Made by a program: the position numbers and the translations under genes. A DNA stretch of 63,665 nucleotides, taken from assembly GCA_040756235.1 (NCBI GenBank), contig JBFLZG010000086.1:1-63665 (forward strand), given 5' to 3'. Position 1 is the first letter of the stretch, and the number at the start of each line of letters is the position of its first letter. This document shows, one piece after another, positions 56,667 through 63,665 of this stretch. The notes beneath the pieces are model-generated. The model was not told where the DNA came from. It did not search any database and worked only from the letters and a program-made list of their open reading frames with translations. Source of the DNA: a bacterium (GTDB lineage: Bacteria; Desulfobacterota; DSWW01).

Positions 56667-58250
56667 ATGCCTGACTTCGCACACCTGACTTTCGACGCCT
56701 GGCCGGTTCTGACCGCCCTCGTCTTCTTTCCGTTGGCGGCGTCCCTGGCGCTGCTGTTCGCGACGAGCGACGAGTCCGCCCGGAGGTGGACGCTCTTCGC
56801 CAGCCTGATCGAGGTCGTCCTGGCGCTCCCGCTGTTCGAGTTCCGCCTGGGTTACGGCGGCTTCCAGTTCGTGGAGCTGGTCCCCTGGGTGCCCCAATGG
56901 CGCCTCCAGTACGCCATGGGCGTGGACGGCATCAGCCTGCTCCTGGTCATGCTGACCGTCCTGCTGCTTCCCCTGTGCGTGCTCTGCTCCTGGACTTACA
57001 TCAAGCAGCGGGTCAAGGAGTTTCACGCCTGTCTGCTGCTCATGAGCGCCGCCTGCATCGGCGTCTTCGTCTCCCTGGACATCGTGCTCTTTTACGTGTT
57101 CTGGGAAGCCATGCTGGTGCCGATGTACCTGCTCATCGCGGTCTGGGGCGGGCCGGACAAGAAGTACGCTTCCATCAAGTTCTTCCTCTACACCCTGGCC
57201 GGAAGCACCTTGCTCCTGGTCGCCATCGTCGCCATGTACATCAAGGCCGGCACCTTCTTCATCCCGGACCTCATGAAGGCCGGCTTCCCGGCCGGGTTCC
57301 AGTCCTGGGTCTTCCTGTGCATGGCCTTCGCGTTTGCGATCAAGGTGCCGATGTTTCCGTTCCACACCTGGCTCCCGGCCGCGCACGTGGAGGCGCCGAC
57401 CGCCGGCTCGGTCATGCTGGCGAGCATCCTCCTCAAGATGGGCACCTACGGTTTCCTCAGGTTCTGCCTGCCCATGACCCCGGCCGCGAGCGTCCAGTTC
57501 GCGCCCCTCATGATCGGGCTGTCCATTGCCTCGATCCTCTACGGCGGCTTCATCGCCCTGGGCCAGAAGGACATGAAGAAGCTCATCGCTTACTCGTCCG
57601 TGGCCCATATGGGGTTCGTCACCCTCGGGATCTTCATCTTCAACCTGCGCGGCTTCCAGGGCGCCATGATGCAGATGATCAATCACGGCATCACCACCGG
57701 GGCCCTCTTCATGCTGGTCGGCGCGATCTACGAGCGCAGCCACAGCCGCGACATCATGGCGAACGCCGGCCTGGGCAAGTACCTGCCGGCCTACGTCTTC
57801 TTTTTCGGGCTCTTCAGCCTCTCTTCGCTCGCCTACCCCGGGACGAACAGCTTCGTGGGCGAGATCCTGGTCCTGATCGGCGCCTTCGACCACAAGCTCC
57901 TTTACGGCTTCCTGGCCGTGCCGGGCGCCATGCTGGCGGCGGCCTACATGCTCCGGCTCCTGCAGAAGATCGCCTGGGGCGCCCCGAGCAACGCCAAGAG
58001 CTGGAAGGACCTGAACCTGAGGGAGTGGGCGTACTTCGCTCCGCTGGCCGTCCTGGTGTTCTACATCGGTCTGGCGCCCGGTCTGGCCTTGCGGAGCATG
58101 GATCCGACCCTGAGCGACATGCTCGCCGCGTTCCGGGAGCACGCGCCGCCGCGCATCGAGGTGGTCGAGCAGGCGCCGCTCCTGGAGCAACCCATCACGA
58201 GCCAAGTGCCGGTCGTCGTGGAGGTCAAGGGAGAGCAAGGTGAACTTTAG
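56667..58250 (+). CDS. nuoM: NADH-quinone oxidoreductase subunit M
   Basis: GVDGIS, FYVFWE.MLVPMY, KFFLYT, KVPMFPFHTWLP.AHVEAPT.GS, KKLIAYSSVAHMG. Confidence 0.94.
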   Translation: MPDFAHLTFDAWPVLTALVFFPLAASLALLFATSDESARRWTLFASLIEVVLALPLFEFRLGYGGFQFVELVPWVPQWRLQYAMGVDGISLLLVMLTVLLLPLCVLCSWTYIKQRVKEFHACLLLMSAACIGVFVSLDIVLFYVFWEAMLVPMYLLIAVWGGPDKKYASIKFFLYTLAGSTLLLVAIVAMYIKAGTFFIPDLMKAGFPAGFQSWVFLCMAFAFAIKVPMFPFHTWLPAAHVEAPTAGSVMLASILLKMGTYGFLRFCLPMTPAASVQFAPLMIGLSIASILYGGFIALGQKDMKKLIAYSSVAHMGFVTLGIFIFNLRGFQGAMMQMINHGITTGALFMLVGAIYERSHSRDIMANAGLGKYLPAYVFFFGLFSLSSLAYPGTNSFVGEILVLIGAFDHKLLYGFLAVPGAMLAAAYMLRLLQKIAWGAPSNAKSWKDLNLREWAYFAPLAVLVFYIGLAPGLALRSMDPTLSDMLAAFREHAPPRIEVVEQAPLLEQPITSQVPVVVEVKGEQGEL

Positions 58251-59676
58251 CGTCGAGCTGTTTCTGCCCGAGCTCTACCTGCTGGTCGTCATCGGGGCCC
58301 TGTTCATCAAGAGCCTGATGGAATCCGGGAAGTCGGCCGAGGCCGGGTTCGACTGGGTTCCGGCCGCCGGCCTCGTGGGCGTCGTGGTCTCCCTGGCGAG
58401 CATCGGGACCTCCGGCAGCCTCTTCTGGGCCGCCTATCAGGTGGATCCCCTTTCCCAGTTCTTCAAGGCCGCCGTGGCCCTGGGGTTCACGATCGCGACC
58501 ATGAACGCCAGGACGCAGCCGACCCTGGACGGCGCGCGGCAGGGCGACTACTTCCTGTTCCTGGCCCTGTCCTGCTTCGGGCTCATGATCCTTTCCTCGG
58601 CCGTGGAGCTGGTGACCATCTACCTGGCCCTGGAGATCTCCTCCTATCCGCTCTACGCCGTCATCCCCCTGAGAAGCCATGACCGGCGGGCCGCCGAGGC
58701 CGGCATCAAGTACATCCTGTTCGGCGCAGCGGCGACGGCCGTGGCCCTGTTCGGCCTGTCCTGCATCATCGCCGCACAGAATACGACCTACCTGAGCGCC
58801 CTGGCCGGCCGCGGGTGGGATTTCGCCGGCTCGCCCCTGGCCGCGATCGGCCTGATCCTGTTCATGGGCGGCTTCTTCTACAAGCTGGCCCTGTTCCCGT
58901 TTCACTTCTGGTGCCCGGACCTCTACGAGGGAGCGAGCAACGAGACGGCAGCTTTTGCGGCCACGCTGCCCAAGCTGGGTGCGGTGGTGGTCCTCGTTCG
59001 GCTGGCGAGCCTGCTCAGGCCCGAGCTCGAGATCACGACCGTTTTGGCCGTGCTGGCAGCCGCTTCCATGACTTACGGAAACCTGGCCGCCCTCATTCAG
59101 AAAGACATCAAGCGTCTGCTGGGGTACTCGAGCATCTCCCATGCCGGATACGTGATCCTGGGCTTGGTCTCGGGCACTCCCCAGGGCCTGGCCGCGGCGT
59201 CCTTCTACAGCCTGGTCTACCTGCTCATGAATCTCACCTGCTTCTGGGTCGTGAGCAGCATGTCGGTGGACGGCAGGAACGTTGCGCTCGACGATCTCCG
59301 GGGCCTGCACAAACGCTCGCCCATGCTGGCCTTCACGCTCGCCGTAGCGGCCTTCTCGCTCGTCGGCCTGCCACCCACGGCTGGCTTCATCGGCAAGCTG
59401 TTCCTGCTGACCTCGGCCTGGGGCCACGGCTACGACTGGCTGGTCGTGGTCGCCTGCGTGAACACGGCGATCGCGATTTTCTACTACTTGAACCTCGTCC
59501 GCTACGCGTTCACGAGCGACGCGGCGCCGGCCGATCTGCCGGAGCTGCCGGCCGTGTTCCGGGCCGGGAGCGCGGCTTGGGCCTGCGTGCTGAGCGCAGC
59601 CATTCTCCTGCTCGGCGTCTTTCCCTCCCCCATCTTCCAGTGGACCTTGACGGCGGGCAGCCGCCTGCTCGAGTAG
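58240..59676 (+). CDS. nuoN: NADH-quinone oxidoreductase subunit N
   Basis: YLALE, EAGIKY..FG, KLALFPFHFWCPDLYEGA, KRLLGYSSISHAGY, GLPPTAGFIGK. Confidence 0.94.
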   Translation: MNFSVELFLPELYLLVVIGALFIKSLMESGKSAEAGFDWVPAAGLVGVVVSLASIGTSGSLFWAAYQVDPLSQFFKAAVALGFTIATMNARTQPTLDGARQGDYFLFLALSCFGLMILSSAVELVTIYLALEISSYPLYAVIPLRSHDRRAAEAGIKYILFGAAATAVALFGLSCIIAAQNTTYLSALAGRGWDFAGSPLAAIGLILFMGGFFYKLALFPFHFWCPDLYEGASNETAAFAATLPKLGAVVVLVRLASLLRPELEITTVLAVLAAASMTYGNLAALIQKDIKRLLGYSSISHAGYVILGLVSGTPQGLAAASFYSLVYLLMNLTCFWVVSSMSVDGRNVALDDLRGLHKRSPMLAFTLAVAAFSLVGLPPTAGFIGKLFLLTSAWGHGYDWLVVVACVNTAIAIFYYLNLVRYAFTSDAAPADLPELPAVFRAGSAAWACVLSAAILLLGVFPSPIFQWTLTAGSRLLE

Positions 59677-59677
59677 C

Positions 59678-59863
59678 AGAGGCAGTCCCAAAACGCCCAT
59701 CTGCGGCGTTGCGCTCGTTTGTCGTCACTGCGGCGTACTGCCATGTACGCCTCGTTCCTCAAACTTCGCGCGCCTTGCATCTGGGCATTTTCGAACAGCC
59801 TCTGAGCTGGGGCTTTGGAACAAGCTCCAGCCGGAGGCAGTCCCAAAACGCCCATCTGCGGCG
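59678..59863. mobile_element. MITE-like element: full copy (59678-59803), outer extra end and a second partial copy (59834-59863)
   Basis: CAGAGGCAGTCCCAAAACGCCCATCTGCGGCG...GGGCATTTTCGAACAGCCTCTG; homologous to 63540-63665. Confidence 0.8.
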
Positions 59864-59918
59864 ACTCGGCCCGCTTGATTCCGGTACGGGACGGTGGGTA
59901 GACTTCCGATGCGGGGGC

Positions 59919-59942
59919 GGGCGACGCATGCGTCGCCCCTAC
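59919..59942 (-). repeat. GTAG-type REP palindrome
   Basis: Identical to 36568-36591. Confidence 0.8.
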
Positions 59943-60026
59943 AATGCTTCGCGAAAGCGCTGCCCGCCTGTTTCCGGAGGAGCGGACCTGCGCTGCCGAG
60001 GACCATCGGCCCCTGAGCGGACAACC

Positions 60027-60677
60027 ATGCTTCGAAGCGTCAAGTACTTCCTTGCGAGGGTCTTCAATTCTCTGCTCTACAGGCTCGTCCGCGGATACAT
60101 CGGGACCTTTCGGCTGACGATCGAGAACGAAGACCGCTGGATGAGATATCTGGAAGAGGGCGGGACGGTGCTGCTGTGCATCTGGCATCAGCAGTTTCTG
60201 TCCATCATCCGTCATTTCAAAAACTATACGTCCTCCTACCGGCCCGCGCTCATGATCAGCAGGAGCCGCGACGGGGACGTCATCGCCGAGATCGCCCGCA
60301 AGAGCGGCTGGTGGCCGGTGCGGGGTTCCTCCTCGAGGGGCGGGGGGGAGGCCCTGCGCGAGATGGTCGAGCGCTTGCAGGACGGCCGGCTCGCGCTGCA
60401 CATCGTGGACGGACCGAGGGGCCCTGCGGGCAAGGTCAAGCCGGGCGTGGTGCGCATGGCGCACGCGGCCGGCGCGGCCGTCGTCCCGGTCTATGTCTCC
60501 GCTGACCGGGCGTGGTACCTGAAGAGCTGGGACAGGTTCCTGGTGCCCAAGCCGTTCTCCAGGGTGGCGCTGCGCTTCGGCGAGATCATCCGGCTCGAGC
60601 CGGCGGCAACAGCCGAGGATTTCGAGAGACAGAGGGTGCAGGTGGAATCGGCCATGCTGCCGTGGCTGGTGTGCTGA
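60027..60677 (+). CDS. DUF374 / lysophospholipid acyltransferase family protein
   Basis: IWHQ, MISRSRDGD, VRGSSSRGG..AL, VDGPRGP...KPG, SWDRFLVPKPFS. Confidence 0.88.
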   Translation: MLRSVKYFLARVFNSLLYRLVRGYIGTFRLTIENEDRWMRYLEEGGTVLLCIWHQQFLSIIRHFKNYTSSYRPALMISRSRDGDVIAEIARKSGWWPVRGSSSRGGGEALREMVERLQDGRLALHIVDGPRGPAGKVKPGVVRMAHAAGAAVVPVYVSADRAWYLKSWDRFLVPKPFSRVALRFGEIIRLEPAATAEDFERQRVQVESAMLPWLVC

Positions 60678-60702
60678 CAAGAGAGGTGTTGGGTTTCGGA
60701 TC

Positions 60703-63480
60703 TCAGGCGGGAATGACGCCGCAGACCTCTGCCCAACGGCAGCCTCCGTCCAGCAGGTCGCGCACCTTCTTCGCAAGCGCGAGGGGCGAAAACGGCTTGT
60801 GCAGGAACGCCGTGGGCGCACCCGCCATGCCGAGCCGGACCATGGTGTAACCGCTCATGAACAGCACCTTCAGGGCCGGACGGCGGACCAGGAGGAGCTC
60901 GGCCAGCTCGCGGCCGTTCATCTCCGGCATGACGACGTCGGTGACCAGAAGCTGGATCGGACCATCGAAAGCTTCGGCAATGGAGACGGCCTTCGGGCCG
61001 CCATCTGCCTCGAGCACCTTGTACCCCTGCGTTTCCAGCGCGAGCCTGGCGATCTGCCGTACCTGCTCCTCGTCCTCCACCAGGAGGATCGTCTCTCTGC
61101 CCGGCTGCGCCGGTTCCACCACGCGGTCCGGCCGCGGGGACGCTTCCGCCTCCTCCACGGCAGGCAGGTAGATCCTGAAGCTCGTGCCGACGCCCACCTG
61201 ACTGTCGATCTCGATCTGGCCCCCGCTCTGCTTCACGATGCCGAACACGGCCGCCAGCCCCAGCCCGGTTCCTTTGCCCGCGCCCTTGGTCGTGAAGAAC
61301 GGCTCGAAGATCCGGGCCTTGACTTCGGGCGTCATGCCGCAACCCGTGTCCGTGACGCAGAGCCGGGCGTACGGGCCCGGCTTGCTTTCGGGGTGGAGAC
61401 GGCAATAGTCGCCGTTCAACTCGACGTTGCGGGTCTCGATGGCCAGCCGGCCGCCCCGGGGCATGGCGTCACGGGCATTGACCGCCAGGTTCATCACGAC
61501 CTGCTCCATCTGGCTCGGATCGACCTTGACCCGGCTCAGGGTCGGTGAGAGCGCCGTGGTCAGGACGATGTCCTCCCCGATCAACCGTCGCAGCATCTTT
61601 TCGATGTTCCGGACGGTCTCGTTGAGGTCCAGCACCTTGGGCTCCAGGATCTGCTTGCGGCTGAACGCCAGAAGCTGCCGGGTCAGGGCCGCGGCCCGCT
61701 CCCCGGCTTCCCGGATGTTCCCCAGGAACTCTCTGCCGGGATCATTCTCGGGGACCCGGGCGAGCAGCATGTCGCTGAAGCCGGTGATGACCGTGAGCAG
61801 GTTGTTGAAATCGTGTGCCACGCCGCCTGCCAGCTGTCCAACGGCTTCCATCTTCTGCGCCTGGCGCAGCTGCGCTTCGAGCTCTTTCTGCTCCGTGATG
61901 TCGTCGTAGACCGCCACCACCTCCCCGCTCGGCAGACGGAAAACGTAATTTTCGCGCCAGCCGACGATGCGCGCGTCCCGGTAGACGGTAGCGGGCAGAC
62001 GCTCCGCCTTCCCCGTGCGTTGCACCCGCTGCAGCACGGCGAGCAGCCCGAAATCGGTGACACCGGGAAAGACCTCCGTCACCCGCCGGCCGAGCAGGTC
62101 GTCGCGGGCCACCTTTTCGATCCGTTCCACGGCTCGGTTGACGTCGCGCAGGACGAAGTCCGCACCGTCGTCCACCGCCCGGTACACGGCTACGCCGCTG
62201 CTCATGTTGTCGAACAGCTGGCGGAACTGCTCTTCCCGTTCCCGCAGTCTCGTTTCGGCGACCACCCGTGCCGTGATGTCCGTGAGCATGGCGAAGGAGC
62301 CTGCGAAACGGCCCTGGTCGTCCCGCAACGCCGTGGCCGATACCAGGCACCAGCACGCCCCTCCGTCCTTGCGGCGGAAGCGCCGCTCGTAACGGCCGTC
62401 TTTCCCCTGATGCCGAACCTCCATGCGGCGCTGGTGGTCTTCCAACTCATCCGGAAACAGGAAGTCTTCGAGTGGAACTCCGGCCATCTCCCCGGCCTCG
62501 TAACCGAGCATGCGGGCCATCGCAAGATTGACGAAGGTGGTGCGGTGCTCCGCATCCATGGACCAGATGCCTTCATTGGCGGTCTCTACGATGTGGCGGT
62601 AGCGTTCCTCGCTCTCGCGCAGCGTCTGCTCGACGCGCTTGCGATCGGTAATGTCCTGAAGCAGGCTGAGCATGACCTGCTCGCCGGCCAGCTCGATCGG
62701 CTCCGCCGAGAGAAGCACGTCGACGATCTCGCCGGACTTGCGGCGGAGCCGGAGCTCCGTGTCGCGCACTCGACCCTGCTCTGCGAGCGTCCGGACCAGC
62801 CGCTCGCGCTCCGGCGGACACACCCACATTCCCAACTCGTGGGTCGTGCGGCCCACGGCTTCTTCGTGGGTGTACCCCATGATGGCGAGGACCGCGGGGT
62901 TGGCGTCGATGATGCGGCCGTCCGCCATGCGCGAGATGGTGCAACCCGCGGGGCTGGCGTGGAACACGGTGGAAAACCGTGCCTCGCTGGCCTTGAGCGC
63001 CTCTTCCGCGCGCCTGCGTTCCGTGATGTCGAGAAAGACGGTCGCGATCCATCGCCCACCGCTTCTGGACACGTTGACCAGGTAGTGCCGTCCGAGGGGG
63101 GCGATGAACTGCTCGAACAGCACCGGTTCGCCGCTCATGGCCACCCGGTCGAAAACGGCCAGCAGCGGGGTTGCCCGGATGACTCCGCCAGCGCGATCCT
63201 TGACGCTCTTGTCCATCAGGTCGCGCACGCGGAATCCGGTCAGGGTTTCGAAGGCGGCGTTGCCTTCCTGAAAAATGTAATCCCGCGGGGTGCCGTCTTG
63301 GTCCGCAACGATCTCGTGCAGCATCACGCCTACGAGCGCGCTCTCGAACAGGAGCCGAAACTTCTCCTCGCTCTCGCGCAGGGCGTCTTCGTCGAGCCGG
63401 TTCAGCCGGCGGGGCTCTTCACCGTCTTCGTCTTTGCAGAGCGCCTTCTCGATGCCGGACCGCAGGCGATCATCACCCAT
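60703..63480 (-). CDS. hybrid sensor histidine kinase (multiple PAS, HisKA, HATPase, receiver)
   Basis: About four PAS/PAC units (DIT motifs), QKMEAVGQLAGGVAHDFNNLL, NARDAM, DTGCGM, FTTK..GKGTGLGL, LLVED..TDVVMP..KPF. Confidence 0.93.
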   Translation of the reverse strand: MGDDRLRSGIEKALCKDEDGEEPRRLNRLDEDALRESEEKFRLLFESALVGVMLHEIVADQDGTPRDYIFQEGNAAFETLTGFRVRDLMDKSVKDRAGGVIRATPLLAVFDRVAMSGEPVLFEQFIAPLGRHYLVNVSRSGGRWIATVFLDITERRRAEEALKASEARFSTVFHASPAGCTISRMADGRIIDANPAVLAIMGYTHEEAVGRTTHELGMWVCPPERERLVRTLAEQGRVRDTELRLRRKSGEIVDVLLSAEPIELAGEQVMLSLLQDITDRKRVEQTLRESEERYRHIVETANEGIWSMDAEHRTTFVNLAMARMLGYEAGEMAGVPLEDFLFPDELEDHQRRMEVRHQGKDGRYERRFRRKDGGACWCLVSATALRDDQGRFAGSFAMLTDITARVVAETRLREREEQFRQLFDNMSSGVAVYRAVDDGADFVLRDVNRAVERIEKVARDDLLGRRVTEVFPGVTDFGLLAVLQRVQRTGKAERLPATVYRDARIVGWRENYVFRLPSGEVVAVYDDITEQKELEAQLRQAQKMEAVGQLAGGVAHDFNNLLTVITGFSDMLLARVPENDPGREFLGNIREAGERAAALTRQLLAFSRKQILEPKVLDLNETVRNIEKMLRRLIGEDIVLTTALSPTLSRVKVDPSQMEQVVMNLAVNARDAMPRGGRLAIETRNVELNGDYCRLHPESKPGPYARLCVTDTGCGMTPEVKARIFEPFFTTKGAGKGTGLGLAAVFGIVKQSGGQIEIDSQVGVGTSFRIYLPAVEEAEASPRPDRVVEPAQPGRETILLVEDEEQVRQIARLALETQGYKVLEADGGPKAVSIAEAFDGPIQLLVTDVVMPEMNGRELAELLLVRRPALKVLFMSGYTMVRLGMAGAPTAFLHKPFSPLALAKKVRDLLDGGCRWAEVCGVIPA

Positions 63481-63539
63481 GAATGCACCTTCTGAGGATT
63501 GCGTGAGGAAGCAAGACCTCGGCGCGAAAGCGCTCTATC

Positions 63540-63665
63540 TAGAGCCTGTCCCAAAACGCCCATCTGCGGCGTTGCGCTCGTCCCTCGTCATTGCGGCGTA
63601 CTGAAATGTACGCCTCATTCCTCGGGATTTCGCGCGCCTGGCATCTGGGCATTTTTGAACAGGCT
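63540..63665. mobile_element. MITE-like element, near-complete copy at the window end
   Basis: CTAG-flanked AGAGCCTGTCCCAAAACGCCCA...TGGGCATTTTTGAACAGGCT; internal GGCGTAC/GTACGCC hairpin. Confidence 0.85.

Noticed and set aside
1..63665. tRNA, rRNA, cas genes, transposases, known riboswitches
   Set aside because: No recognisable signatures by eye; an Infernal/tRNAscan run would be needed to exclude them fully.

Overview
GC-rich bacterial window; the gene content suggests an anaerobic Desulfobacterota/'deltaproteobacterial' genome (inference). From left to right it holds: (1) an accessory-looking left end with a 5'-truncated DUF222/HNH endonuclease followed by a ~180-nt multi-stem fold, a phenylacetate-CoA-ligase-family gene with an aberrant 3' end, a DUF2442/DUF4160 toxin-antitoxin-like pair, nudC, and a secreted Cys-rich repeat protein; (2) a regulated acyl-CoA catabolic island (CoA ligase, acyl-CoA dehydrogenase, DUF35-crotonase fusion, Cys-less thiolase, amidohydrolase, OYE-type flavoprotein, MerR-TetR regulator, divergent DUF1329 and FAD reductase); (3) PEPCK, a ferredoxin, a lipoprotein, a phosphoesterase, mfd, a surA-like PPIase, uvrA and a P-type ATPase; (4) a minus-strand cluster with an atypical transaldolase, an aminotransferase, ald, a GntR regulator, an FGGY kinase and a sphingosine-1-phosphate-lyase homologue; (5) a complex I-like operon without NuoEFG but with four antiporter-like subunits; (6) a hybrid PAS histidine kinase. 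Intergenic DNA carries a ~125-bp MITE-like family (4 full or variant copies plus 2 partial), two REP-like families, heptamer inverted repeats and several long multi-stem folds. I saw no rRNA, tRNA, CRISPR array or transposase. All calls come from reading motifs by eye; no database search or folding program was run.
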